Source of the DNA: an uncultured Candidatus Rokubacteria bacterium
GTDB lineage: Bacteria; Methylomirabilota; Methylomirabilia; Rokubacteriales; CSP1-6
Assembly: GCA_963754315.1 (NCBI GenBank)
Contig: CAVWFS010000019.1
Location: forward strand, 416,001 to 480,000
Reading direction: 5' to 3'
Length of the DNA: 64,000 nt
A program made the translations under genes and the position numbers. Below are positions 32,607-42,377 of the stretch, one piece after another. The notes under the pieces were generated by a model that ran no database searches, had not been told where the DNA came from, and saw only the letters and a list, made by a program, of their open reading frames with translations. The number at the start of each line of letters is the position of its first letter. The stretch's first letter is position 1.

Positions 32607-33391
32607 CGCACCACCACGTCTCGGATGGATGGTAGCACGACGTCCGGGGCCACCTCGGCGATGCGCGGGTCGCCGGGCCGCGTGATCCCGCTGAGGACGA
32701 GCACGGTGCCCAATCCCTGGCGCTTGCCCATCAGGATGTCGGTCTCCAGGCGATCGCCGACGACGGCGCAATCGGCTGGGGGCAGGCCCAAGATGCGCAA
32801 CGCATCCTCGAGAATGATGGGAGAGGGTTTGCCCACGACGACCTCGACCCGGTGGCCGGTCACCGCCTCCACGGCGGCGATCATGCCGGCACAGTCGGGG
32901 ATCTCGCCGCCGTCGACCGGACAGGTGCGGTCAGGGTTGGTGGCAATGAGGCGGGCACCGCGCCGGGTCACCGCCTGCAGCGCCGTGTTGAGCTTGGCGT
33001 AGTCGAACGTGCGGTCGAATGCGATGACGACCCAGCGCACGTACTCATCGGATCGCGTCTCGAAGCCGGCTGCTTGCAGCTCCCCGATCAGCGACGGCTC
33101 GCCAATCACGAACAGCGGCGCCCCGGGGTCCAAGCGCGCGAGATAGCGTGCCAGCACCACCGAGGAATTGACGACATCGTCGATCGCGGCCGGAATGCCG
33201 AGCCGGGTCAACGTCCGGGCGTAGTCGGCGCGGGAATACAACGGCTTGTTGGAGAGAAAGGCCACCCGCCGGCCCGCCCCCCGCAGGGCGGCAATGGTTT
33301 CCGCGGCGCCCGGGATCAGTGTTTCGCCGAGGTACACGGTCCCGTCGAGATCGAACAACCAGCCCAGGTGAGGGAGCACGAACGGGCGCAC
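32603..33391 (-). CDS. HAD-IIA (NagD-like) phosphatase
   Basis: FDLDGTVY, ATNPD, GKP, VGDRLETDI. Confidence 0.92.
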   Translation of the reverse strand: MRPFVLPHLGWLFDLDGTVYLGETLIPGAAETIAALRGAGRRVAFLSNKPLYSRADYARTLTRLGIPAAIDDVVNSSVVLARYLARLDPGAPLFVIGEPSLIGELQAAGFETRSDEYVRWVVIAFDRTFDYAKLNTALQAVTRRGARLIATNPDRTCPVDGGEIPDCAGMIAAVEAVTGHRVEVVVGKPSPIILEDALRILGLPPADCAVVGDRLETDILMGKRQGLGTVLVLSGITRPGDPRIAEVAPDVVLPSIRDVVVR

Positions 33392-33396
33392 TTCAC

Positions 33397-34851
33397 CTAT
33401 CGAAACAGCGGGGCGACCGCAGCCTGCGCGAGATCCACAAAGGGAGCGGGCATGACGCCAAGGAGGACGATGCCCACCAGGGCGATGACCAGGGCGAGGG
33501 CGCCCGCGAACGATGGCGCGTAGAGGGCACCTTCCCCGTCCGCCTCGCGCATGTACATGTACACAACCACGCGCAGGTAGTAGTAGGCAGCCACCGCCGA
33601 GTTCAGCACCGCCAGCACCACGAGCCCCAGATAGCCCGCGCGTACCGCGGAGCCAAATACGTAGAATTTCGCAAAGAATCCGGCCAGGGGCGGAATGCCG
33701 ATGAGTGAGAGCAGGAAGAGGCTCAGGGCGCCGGCCAGAAGCGGGCTGCGGCGGGCCAGGCCGGCGTAGTCGTCGACGTTCACCGCCTCCTCGCGACCCC
33801 GCTCGCAGAGCAGGACGGCGCCGAAGGCGCCGGCGGTCGTGAAGACGTAGGCCAGCAGATAGAAGAGGACGGCGCCCGCCCCCACGCTGCCGCCTGCCAC
33901 CAAGCCCACCAGCATGTAGCCGACGTGGGCGACGGAGGAATACGCCAGCATACGCTTGAGATTCGACTGGGCGACGGCCACCACGTTGCCCACGGTCATG
34001 GTCAGGGCGGCCATGACCCAGAGGATGGCAGTCGTGTCGGGCTGGGCGATGCGGAGTGCTCCGCTCAGCAGACGAATGAGGGCCGCGAAGGCGGCCGCCT
34101 TGGCGCCGGTAGCGATGAGGGCGGCGACGCTGGTGGGGGCCCCCTCGTACACATCGGGAGCCCACATGTGGAAGGGCACCGCGGAGATCTTGAACCCGAA
34201 TCCCACGAGCAGCAGACCCACGCCGACGAGGAACATGGTGGGGGGGGACTGGCCGGCCAGGGCCGCCGACACCCGCTCGAAATTGGTGCTGCCCGTGGTG
34301 CCATAGATCAACGCGATCCCGTAGAGGAGAAACGACGAGGCGAAGGCGCCGAGCAAGAGGTATTTCATGGACGCCTCGCTGGAGGCGAGCCGCGTCTTGA
34401 AGATTCCCGCCATCACGTAGAGCGAGAGCGACATCACCTCGATGGCGAGAAACACCACCATGAGGTCGTTGGCCGACGCCAGGAACATCATCCCCGACAT
34501 CGAAAAGAGAACGAGACCGTAGTACTCGCCGGACTCCGCCCCCTGGCGCCGCAGGTAGTCGAGCGACAGCAAGAGCACGAGAGCCACCGCGTAGCAGATC
34601 ACGACATTGAAAAAGAGCGCGTAGTTGTCGAGCACCAGCATCCCCGAGAACCCGCGCTCGTCCGAGCCCCAGGAGAGGACGCTCACGATGAGCGCCACCA
34701 CCACGCCGGCGAGAGCCACGCTGCCCAGGTGCTCCTTGGAGTCCCGCGGCGGCAGCAGGTCGAGGGCCAGCGCGAGGAGCGCCGTGACGAAGACGATGAG
34801 CGGTGGCGCCAGCACGCTCCAGGCGACCGGAGGGATAGAAAGGCCGTCCAC
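33397..34851 (-). CDS. nuoN: NADH-quinone oxidoreductase subunit N
   Basis: GFKISAVPFHMWAPDVYEGAP, KRMLAYSSVAH. Confidence 0.95.
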   Translation of the reverse strand: MDGLSIPPVAWSVLAPPLIVFVTALLALALDLLPPRDSKEHLGSVALAGVVVALIVSVLSWGSDERGFSGMLVLDNYALFFNVVICYAVALVLLLSLDYLRRQGAESGEYYGLVLFSMSGMMFLASANDLMVVFLAIEVMSLSLYVMAGIFKTRLASSEASMKYLLLGAFASSFLLYGIALIYGTTGSTNFERVSAALAGQSPPTMFLVGVGLLLVGFGFKISAVPFHMWAPDVYEGAPTSVAALIATGAKAAAFAALIRLLSGALRIAQPDTTAILWVMAALTMTVGNVVAVAQSNLKRMLAYSSVAHVGYMLVGLVAGGSVGAGAVLFYLLAYVFTTAGAFGAVLLCERGREEAVNVDDYAGLARRSPLLAGALSLFLLSLIGIPPLAGFFAKFYVFGSAVRAGYLGLVVLAVLNSAVAAYYYLRVVVYMYMREADGEGALYAPSFAGALALVIALVGIVLLGVMPAPFVDLAQAAVAPLFR

Positions 34852-36413
34852 TAGGGCGCCGGCGCCTGATTGACGGGTTGGGCCTCGGCGGCCAGACGAA
34901 CCGGAGAGAGGCCGCGACTGACGCTCGCCTTGCTCTGGACCTCGGCGATCAGGGCCGCCACCGAGGCTTCGGTCTTGCCGGTGAAGGCCAGCGGATACAC
35001 GCCGATCCATACGATGAACACGATCACCGGGACAAGCACCGCCCACTCGCGCGGGTTGAGGTCTTGCAGTCGCCGGTTCTCCTCGTGGGTGATCTCGCCG
35101 AAGATCACGCGCTGGTACATCCAGAGTATATAGACGGCGGCGAGGATGACTCCCGTCGTGGCGAGCACGGTCATCAGCCGGTTTACCTGGAAGGCGCCCA
35201 GCAGGATGAGGAACTCTCCCACGAAGCCGTTGAGTCCGGGCAAGCCGAGCGAGGCCAGGGAGACAACGAGGAAGAGCACCGAAAAGGCAGGCATCACTCG
35301 CCACAACCCGCCGAAGTCGGCGATGAGGCGGGTGTGACGCCGCTCGTAGATCATGCCGACCATTAAGAAGAGCGCGCCCGTGGAGAGGCCGTGGTTGACC
35401 ATCTGGATCACCCCACCCACCACCCCTTGCTGGTTGAGGGAGAAGATGCCCAGCATGACGAATCCAAGATGGCTGACGCTGGAGTACGCGACCAGCTTCT
35501 TGAGATCAGGCTGGACGGTGCACACACAGGCGCCATAAATGATGCCGATCACGGCCAGGGCGAACACGAGCGGCCCGAAGGTCAAGCTGGCGTCGGGAAA
35601 TAGGGGCAGGCAGAAGCGCAGGAATCCGTAGGTTCCCATCTTGAGGAGGACCCCGGCCAGGATGACGCTGCCGGGTGTCGGGGCTTCCACGTGGGCGTCG
35701 GGCAACCACGTGTGGAAGGGAAAGAGGGGGACCTTGATGGCGAAGGCCAGCGCGAAGGCCAGGAACATGAGGTTCTGGCCGAGCCCGGTGGGCATCACCC
35801 AGCGAGCCAAGGTGGGGAGATCGAAGGTGTAGAGGCCGGTGGTGCCGCCGTGCTGGACGTAGAGGGCGAGGATGGCCACCAGCATGAGCAGCGAGCCCAC
35901 CAGGGTGTAGAGGACGAACTTGACGGCGGCGTACACGCGCTGGGTCCCGCCCCATACCCCGATGATGAGGTACATGGGGATGAGCATCGCTTCCCAGAAG
36001 ACGTAGAACAGAAACACATCCAGGCTGACGAACACGCCCAGCATGCCCGTCTCCAGGACGAGCATGGTGATCACGAACTCTTTCACGCGATCCTCGATGG
36101 AGGACCAGGCAGAGACGAGCGCGAGCGGAGTGATGAACGTGGTGAGGAGCACCAGGAGCACGCTGATGCCATCGATGCCGAGGTGATAGCCAATGCCGAG
36201 CGCAGGCATCCATGGCGCCGCCTCCACGAACTGGTAGTCCGCCACCTCGCCGTCGAAGTTGAAGTAGAGCGGCAGTGACAGAATCAGGGTGACCAGGGAG
36301 ACGGCCAGGGCGCCAAAGCGGATCCCGCGGGTCGCCCGTCGCGGCACGAAGGCGAGTAGCACGGCGCCCAGCAGCGGCAGAAAGGTCACGGCGGACAGAA
36401 GCCCGATGGTCAT
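34851..36413 (-). CDS. nuoM: NADH-quinone oxidoreductase subunit M
   Basis: FYVFWEAMLIP, IKVPLFPFHTWLPDAHVEAP, LKMGTYG. Confidence 0.95.
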   Translation of the reverse strand: MTIGLLSAVTFLPLLGAVLLAFVPRRATRGIRFGALAVSLVTLILSLPLYFNFDGEVADYQFVEAAPWMPALGIGYHLGIDGISVLLVLLTTFITPLALVSAWSSIEDRVKEFVITMLVLETGMLGVFVSLDVFLFYVFWEAMLIPMYLIIGVWGGTQRVYAAVKFVLYTLVGSLLMLVAILALYVQHGGTTGLYTFDLPTLARWVMPTGLGQNLMFLAFALAFAIKVPLFPFHTWLPDAHVEAPTPGSVILAGVLLKMGTYGFLRFCLPLFPDASLTFGPLVFALAVIGIIYGACVCTVQPDLKKLVAYSSVSHLGFVMLGIFSLNQQGVVGGVIQMVNHGLSTGALFLMVGMIYERRHTRLIADFGGLWRVMPAFSVLFLVVSLASLGLPGLNGFVGEFLILLGAFQVNRLMTVLATTGVILAAVYILWMYQRVIFGEITHEENRRLQDLNPREWAVLVPVIVFIVWIGVYPLAFTGKTEASVAALIAEVQSKASVSRGLSPVRLAAEAQPVNQAPAP

Positions 36414-38284
36414 GGGCGCGCGAGGAGGTACCCTACGAGGAGCACCGCTCCCACCAGCATGGTCAGCGCGTAGGTCACCGTGTAACCGGTCTGCCACGAA
36501 CGGAGCAGGCTGGCTCCCGCCAGGGTCGCGCGGCCGAGGAGGTTCACGAGCCCGTCGATACCCCGCACGTCGAAGCTCCGCGCGAGAAATTCGGACAGGG
36601 CAAAGTACGGCCTCACGAACAGACGATCGTAGAGAGCATCGACGTGGTAGGCATCGAGCAGAATCCGGACCAGCGGATGCCGCGCGCTACCGATGCGGGC
36701 GGCCCGCTCGGAGGAAGACCAGTACATGAACGCGGCCAGGGCCAGCCCGGCCAGCGACACCAGCACGGCCAGCACGATGAGGACAAGAGCCAGCACGCCG
36801 CCGTGGGGCACGTGCTGGCTGCCGAAGACTGGCGCCAGGAATCGTTGGAACGGTGACCCCTCCTCGGCCGGAATGCCGACGGCCACCCCCGCCCCCAAGG
36901 TCAGCAGGGCGAGGATGACGAGCGGCCACGTCATCACCGGAGGTGATTCGTGCACGTGATGCGCCACTTCCTTCGACATGCGGGGGCCGCCCGTGAAGGC
37001 CAGGAAGAAGAGGCGAAAGCTATAGAAGGCCGTGAGGAACGCGCCGAAGAGCAGGAGCGGCCAGACGACGAACTTCTCGTGGAAGGCGGTGGCCAGGATC
37101 TCGTCCTTGGAGAAGAACCCCGCGAACGGTGGCAGGCCGGCCAGGGCCGCCGTCCCGATCAGCATGGTGATGGTCGTCCCGACCATACGCGGGGCGAGGC
37201 CTCCCATCTTGCGCAGATCCTGCTCACCTTGCAGACCGTGAATGACGCTCCCCGCGCCCAGAAAGAGCAAGGCCTTGAAGAAGGCGTGGGTGACCAGATG
37301 AAAGATGGCGGCGGCGTAGGCGCCGAGACCGGCCGCCGCGAACATATAGCCAAGCTGGCTGATGGTGGAGTAGGCGAGAACCCGTTTGATGTCCGTTTGC
37401 ACCACGGCGACGGTGGCGGCGAAGACGGCCGTCAGCACGCCCACCCAGGCCACCACTTCGAGGGCCACCCCCGAGCGCTCGAACAGCGCGTGGCTGCGGC
37501 ACACCATGTACACGCCCGCCGTCACCATGGTGGCGGCGTGGATCAGCGCGGACACCGGGGTCGGTCCCTCCATGGCGTCGGGCAACCACACGTGCAAGGG
37601 CAGCTGGGCCGACTTACCGCAGGCGCCCATGAACAGCAGGAGGGCAATCCCGGTCGCCACTGCTGGCGGGATGGTGTCCACCGCCCGGAAGACGTCGCCA
37701 TAGTCGAGCGTACCGACCGCTGTCCACAGCCACAGGACGCCGAGGCCGAAGCCGAAGTCCCCCACGCGGTTGACGATGAATGCCTTCTTGCCGGCGTCCA
37801 CCGCCGACTTGCGCGTGTACCAGAAGCCGATCAGCAGGTAGGAGCAGAGGCCGACCGCCTCCCAGAACACGTAGAGCAGCAAGAAGTTGTCGGCGAGCAC
37901 CAGCATGGTCATGGAGAAGACGAACAGGTTCAGGTAGGCAAAGAACCGTGGATAGCCGGGATCGTCGTGCATGTAGCCGATCGAATACACGTGGATCAGC
38001 AGACCGACGCCGGTGACGACCAGCAGCATGATGCCGGTCAAGGGATCGACCAAGGCGGTCACCGCCGTCGAGAAGTCTCCGGCCACGATCCATGCAAAGA
38101 GTGTCGCCGTCCCCGTCTGACCACCCCAGACCTCCATGAAGACGGCCACCGAGGCGAGGAAGGAACCGGCGAGGGCGGGCACGGCAATCCAGTGAGCCCG
38201 ATGGCCCACCGCTCGCCCGAAAGCGACGTTGAGCAGGGCTCCAGCCAGCGGAAAGGCGGGAATCAGCCAGAGGGTGGGGAACAC
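36410..38284 (-). CDS. nuoL: NADH-quinone oxidoreductase subunit L
   Basis: KSAQLPLHVWLPDAMEGPTPVSALIHAATMV, HAFFKALLF. Confidence 0.95.
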   Translation of the reverse strand: MFPTLWLIPAFPLAGALLNVAFGRAVGHRAHWIAVPALAGSFLASVAVFMEVWGGQTGTATLFAWIVAGDFSTAVTALVDPLTGIMLLVVTGVGLLIHVYSIGYMHDDPGYPRFFAYLNLFVFSMTMLVLADNFLLLYVFWEAVGLCSYLLIGFWYTRKSAVDAGKKAFIVNRVGDFGFGLGVLWLWTAVGTLDYGDVFRAVDTIPPAVATGIALLLFMGACGKSAQLPLHVWLPDAMEGPTPVSALIHAATMVTAGVYMVCRSHALFERSGVALEVVAWVGVLTAVFAATVAVVQTDIKRVLAYSTISQLGYMFAAAGLGAYAAAIFHLVTHAFFKALLFLGAGSVIHGLQGEQDLRKMGGLAPRMVGTTITMLIGTAALAGLPPFAGFFSKDEILATAFHEKFVVWPLLLFGAFLTAFYSFRLFFLAFTGGPRMSKEVAHHVHESPPVMTWPLVILALLTLGAGVAVGIPAEEGSPFQRFLAPVFGSQHVPHGGVLALVLIVLAVLVSLAGLALAAFMYWSSSERAARIGSARHPLVRILLDAYHVDALYDRLFVRPYFALSEFLARSFDVRGIDGLVNLLGRATLAGASLLRSWQTGYTVTYALTMLVGAVLLVGYLLARP

Positions 38285-38290
38285 CGGGTC

Positions 38291-38350
38291 ACTCTAGCGA
38301 AGGCGTTATGACGCGTCAAGCAACGGCGCGCGTGACCTGCATGCTATCAT
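38291..38350. promoter_or_regulatory. back-to-back leaderless-type promoters for nuoL (-) and the M23 gene (+)
   Basis: TAGAGT (38296-38291) lies 6 nt before GTG 38284; TGcTATCAT (38342-50) lies 6 nt before GTG 38357. Confidence 0.65.
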
Positions 38351-38356
38351 CCTGAG

Positions 38357-39775
38357 GTGCGGTCGCGGTCACGCTTCAAGTCACGGTTTATCTTCGTCTT
38401 GATTCCTCTCGTGGCCGCCGTCGGCGTGCTGGCCTACGTCGGCTGGCGCCAATCCGTCCGCGGGGTGCAGGTGACCGGCGCGCCGCCCGCGCTCATCGGA
38501 CACAAGACCCCCATCACCATCGGGCTGCAGGCGACGCGCGGCAACGTGGCCGACGCCGAGGTGCGGCTGCTGCAGGGCGGGAAGACCACCGTGGTGGCCA
38601 AGCACCCGGGAACGCCGGCGCCTCGGGTCGAGATTCCGGTCACCATCGATCCGACCGCGACGGGTGTCCGCGAGGGAGACGCGACGATCGAGGTGTGGGC
38701 GCGTGACGACTTTTGGCGACCCCTGCGGAGGGACGAGCGCGCCATCGCGCAATTCCCCCTCAAGGTCGACCTTACTCCGCCCCGCATCGAGATCCTGGGC
38801 GCCACCCAGTACATCTCGCCGGGTGGAGCGGGGCTGATCGCGTTCCGGGCCGCCGACGCGACGCGGGCCGACGTACGCGTCGGAAACCAGTCCTTCCCGA
38901 CGTACCCCTACGGTCCCGCCGACAAGGGGGCGCGCCTGGCGCTCATCGCCCTGCCCCATGACTTTGGCGGCAACGCGCCAATGACGGTAAGCGCCGTCGA
39001 TGCAGCCGGCAATAGCGCGTCGCGGACGGTGCCCGCCGAGCTCAAGCCCCGGAAGTTTCCACACGACACCATCGAGATTCGCAACACCCTGCTCGAAGCG
39101 AAAGTACCCGAGCTCCTACCGCAGCGACCGCCGACGCAACCGCTGCTCGAGGGATTCCTGATCGTCAACCGCGACCAGCGTCGTCAGGCCGAAGAGGAGA
39201 AGCGAGCGATCGGGACCAAGACCGCCGGCCAGCCGCTGTGGACCGGTGCCTTTGTGCAGCCGCGGAACACCAAGGTCTTCGCCAACTTCGCCGAGAAGCG
39301 CACCTATATCTACCAGGGCAAGCCGGTCGACACGCAGGTGCACTTCGGCTATGACCTGGCCGCTACCAAGCACATGTCGGTGCCGGCCGCCAATACGGGC
39401 GTGGTGGTCTTTGCCGGACCGCTGACAATTTACGGCAACACGGTCGTCGTGGACCATGGCCTCGGACTGCAGACCCTCTACGCGCACCTATCCAGCGTCG
39501 GCGTCAAGCCGGGTGACAAAATCGAGAAGGGCCAAGAGATCGGCCGCTCGGGCACGACGGGACTCGCCATCGGTGATCACTTGCACTATGAGGTCCTCGT
39601 GCACGGGACCTCCGTCACCCCGCTCGAGTGGTGGGACGGCAAATGGCTGCGCGATCGCATCGCCAAGCCGCTCAAGGAAGCCGGCCTCCCGGGGATGGGC
39701 GGCATCGATGCGCCAGCCGAGGACGGCAAGCCCGCGGCGGCCGCCCCCAGCCCCGCGCGCCGCCGTGGCCGCTAG
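38357..39775 (+). CDS. membrane-anchored M23 family metallopeptidase
   Basis: N-terminal TM; HFGYD (HxxxD), YAHL and HLH motifs. Confidence 0.92.
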   Translation: MRSRSRFKSRFIFVLIPLVAAVGVLAYVGWRQSVRGVQVTGAPPALIGHKTPITIGLQATRGNVADAEVRLLQGGKTTVVAKHPGTPAPRVEIPVTIDPTATGVREGDATIEVWARDDFWRPLRRDERAIAQFPLKVDLTPPRIEILGATQYISPGGAGLIAFRAADATRADVRVGNQSFPTYPYGPADKGARLALIALPHDFGGNAPMTVSAVDAAGNSASRTVPAELKPRKFPHDTIEIRNTLLEAKVPELLPQRPPTQPLLEGFLIVNRDQRRQAEEEKRAIGTKTAGQPLWTGAFVQPRNTKVFANFAEKRTYIYQGKPVDTQVHFGYDLAATKHMSVPAANTGVVVFAGPLTIYGNTVVVDHGLGLQTLYAHLSSVGVKPGDKIEKGQEIGRSGTTGLAIGDHLHYEVLVHGTSVTPLEWWDGKWLRDRIAKPLKEAGLPGMGGIDAPAEDGKPAAAAPSPARRRGR

Positions 39776-39790
39776 CATCACCGCCCCGAT

Positions 39791-40459
39791 CTAAAACACG
39801 CCGAACTTCTCGTAGGCAGCCAGCGGAGTCAGGCCGCGTCGGATCGCCTGACGCACGGCGTTCTCACTGCCGACGAGCGTCTCCGCGCGTTGCGCGACTT
39901 CGTGGGCGAGTCGCCGAGGCACAATGACGATGCCATCACGATCTGCGATGACCACGTCACCGAGGGCAATGCGCACGCCGCCGATGGTGACGGGCTGCCC
40001 CCAGTCGCTCACACGCCAGCGCGGAACGGAATCCTGCGGCGTGCGATAGCGCACGAAGGTGGGGAAGCCGAGCCGGACGATAGAGACCGCGTCCCGGGTC
40101 GCCCCGTCTATGACAGCGCCGCGCACCTTGCGGGTGTGGAACCACTGCGCGCTCAGCTCGCCGAAGTGCGCCGCCACCCTGTCGTTGGCGGCGAGCACGA
40201 GCACAGAATCGGCCGGCACTGCGCTGATCATGCCGAGAAATCGTCGCAACGTCTGGTCGCGATCGCGGGCGGTGCCCCGATGGCGTCGTCCCCGTGCCGT
40301 GAAGGCGTAGCCCGCCGTCCGCATGGCGGGATCGAGGGGACGGATGTCGGAGGGCAGTGTCTGTCCCAACAGTCCCATCTCGTCCATGACGTCGGTGATC
40401 GCGGAAGTCGGCAGACGCCCAAAGCGCCGAGGCAAGTTATCCGATCGTCGGCTCGTCAT
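39791..40459 (-). CDS. RraA/HMG aldolase family protein
   Basis: AHFGEL, GAVIDGATRD, GDVVIADRDG. Confidence 0.88.
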   Translation of the reverse strand: MTSRRSDNLPRRFGRLPTSAITDVMDEMGLLGQTLPSDIRPLDPAMRTAGYAFTARGRRHRGTARDRDQTLRRFLGMISAVPADSVLVLAANDRVAAHFGELSAQWFHTRKVRGAVIDGATRDAVSIVRLGFPTFVRYRTPQDSVPRWRVSDWGQPVTIGGVRIALGDVVIADRDGIVIVPRRLAHEVAQRAETLVGSENAVRQAIRRGLTPLAAYEKFGVF

Positions 40460-41691
40460 CGCCCGTGAGTACCCGGGGGCGATCCCTGCCGGCGGAGCGC
40501 AGTCAGGAGGGCGGCCGGCGGCACGTAGTCGCCGATCACCCCGAGCAGCGCGTCCAGCAGGTCCGGGCGCCGAGCGAGCAGGGCGGCCACGAGATCGGTC
40601 GTCCAGCGTCGCCCGATCACGGCCTGGATGGCGCGCGTCAGTCGTGCCTTCGCGCGGAATGCGTCCGCCCGCGCCCGCTCGTACGCGCTCAGAGCGCTGA
40701 CCGAGAGGTCGCCTCGGGCGAGGGCGGGCGCCGCCACCTCGACCGCCAGCTCAGCCCCGCGGAGCGCGCTGAAGATCCCCTCTCCGGTGAAGGGGTCGTA
40801 GAATCCTGCCGCGTCGCCCACCAGCAGGACCCCGCCCAGCCGCGGCGCCGTCACCCGGTAGGCGAGCGGGCCCAGGGCCACCACCGGCGCCACGCGGGCG
40901 GCGCCGGCGACCCGCCGCGCGAGATGGGAGAGCTGCTTCACCCGTGCCCCGAAGAAGACGTCCAGGCGAGCCGTATGGGGCACCACGTGGCCGAGGGGTA
41001 CGACCAGGCTGAAGTTCACCCGGTCTTCTCCCACCGGGTTGAGGATCGCATAGTCGGGCGGATCGACGAAGATCTCGCCGAGGCCATGGCAGTCGGACAG
41101 TCCGCTGATGTACGTGGCCAGGGCCATGCGCCGCAGACGGTGCGGCTTACGGCATCCCAGACGTTGGGCCACGATTGAGGCCCGGCCATCGGCGCCGATG
41201 ATGAGCGGCGCCCGGAAATCGTGGCGGCGCCCATCGCCGTCGACCGCGTGGATCCCCACCACCCGGTCGCGCTCCACGACGACGTCGGTGGCGCGCACCT
41301 GCTCGCGGAAATCAACGGGCAGCGCGCGCAGCCGGTCGGTGAGGGCACCATCGAGGATCGTGCGCTCAATGGCCAGGGCGCCGTCGCGATATGGCCGCCA
41401 GATCCCCAGCGGACGGTAGCGGCCTTCGAGCGACCGCCCATCGGGTCCGATGATCCGCATCCCGGCGAGGGGGACGGCCCCGGCAAGGTCGATCGCCTTG
41501 AGCACCCCCAGACGGTCGAGAATGCGCGCGCCTTCCGGACTCAGGTACTCGCCACAGATCTTCGTCCGGGGTGAACGGGCGCGATCGATGATGAGGACAG
41601 CAAGCCCGCGTTCGGCGAGCAAAATGGCGCAGGCGGCGCCAGCCGGACCGGCGCCGATCACGACGACGTCATGATGGGACGTCATCGTCAC
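40456..41691 (-). CDS. FAD-dependent oxidoreductase/monooxygenase (geranylgeranyl reductase-like family)
   Basis: GAGPAG, KICGE, GADG, VGDAAGFYDPFTGEGI; start 41691 (GTG) or 41685 (ATG). Confidence 0.9.
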   Translation of the reverse strand: MTMTSHHDVVVIGAGPAGAACAILLAERGLAVLIIDRARSPRTKICGEYLSPEGARILDRLGVLKAIDLAGAVPLAGMRIIGPDGRSLEGRYRPLGIWRPYRDGALAIERTILDGALTDRLRALPVDFREQVRATDVVVERDRVVGIHAVDGDGRRHDFRAPLIIGADGRASIVAQRLGCRKPHRLRRMALATYISGLSDCHGLGEIFVDPPDYAILNPVGEDRVNFSLVVPLGHVVPHTARLDVFFGARVKQLSHLARRVAGAARVAPVVALGPLAYRVTAPRLGGVLLVGDAAGFYDPFTGEGIFSALRGAELAVEVAAPALARGDLSVSALSAYERARADAFRAKARLTRAIQAVIGRRWTTDLVAALLARRPDLLDALLGVIGDYVPPAALLTALRRQGSPPGTHGR

Positions 41692-42377
41692 CAGGTCACC
41701 GCCACCAAGCGGCCGAGGATCGGGAACCGTCGGATGCGCAGGTGCCTCCAGCCCGCCTTCGCGCAGAGCGCCCGGAGTTCGTCGGGCGCGTAGGCGCGTC
41801 GTACCGACAGCGGACCGTCGTGACGGGAGAACGCGTGTCGCGCGAAGACCCTGGTGGCGACGACCACCAGCAGCCAGGACAGCCGGGTGCGGAGCAGGTC
41901 GTTCACGACGACCCCGGCCCCGGCGGCTGCGCGCATCGCGTGCAGGCTCGACACCGCGGCCTCCGGCGAGAGATGGTGCAGGACCAGCGAGCTCACGGCC
42001 ACGTCCACTCCCTCGTCGCGAAAGGGAAGCGCGCTGGCGTCGGCGCAGACGCGCGAGACTTCGGGATAGCGCCGGCATACGACAGCAGCGAGCCCTAACC
42101 CTTCCAGGTCACGATCGAGGACCACGATGCGCAGGCGTTGGCCTCGCCGCCGCGCAGCGCGTGCCAGCCGTCGAGCAAAATCGCCCCGGCCTCCCCCGAC
42201 GTCGACGACGAGCGGACGGCCGGACACCGCGCGCAAGAGGCGACGCACGGCCGCGATGGTCAGGGCATGGCCACCGAACCAGGCGCTAAGCCGGTCGATG
42301 TCCGCGAGAGAGGCGTCGCGATCGGCCGCGGCCACGTGGCCGTCGAGATGTTCTCGCGCCCCTTCGTCGCGGCGCAT
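41688..42377 (-). CDS. class I SAM-dependent methyltransferase
   Basis: VDVGGGRGD, SLVLHHL, NDLLR, HDGPLSVRRAY; I associate these motifs with T3PKS-linked methyltransferases. Confidence 0.9.
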   Translation of the reverse strand: MRRDEGAREHLDGHVAAADRDASLADIDRLSAWFGGHALTIAAVRRLLRAVSGRPLVVDVGGGRGDFARRLARAARRRGQRLRIVVLDRDLEGLGLAAVVCRRYPEVSRVCADASALPFRDEGVDVAVSSLVLHHLSPEAAVSSLHAMRAAAGAGVVVNDLLRTRLSWLLVVVATRVFARHAFSRHDGPLSVRRAYAPDELRALCAKAGWRHLRIRRFPILGRLVAVTW

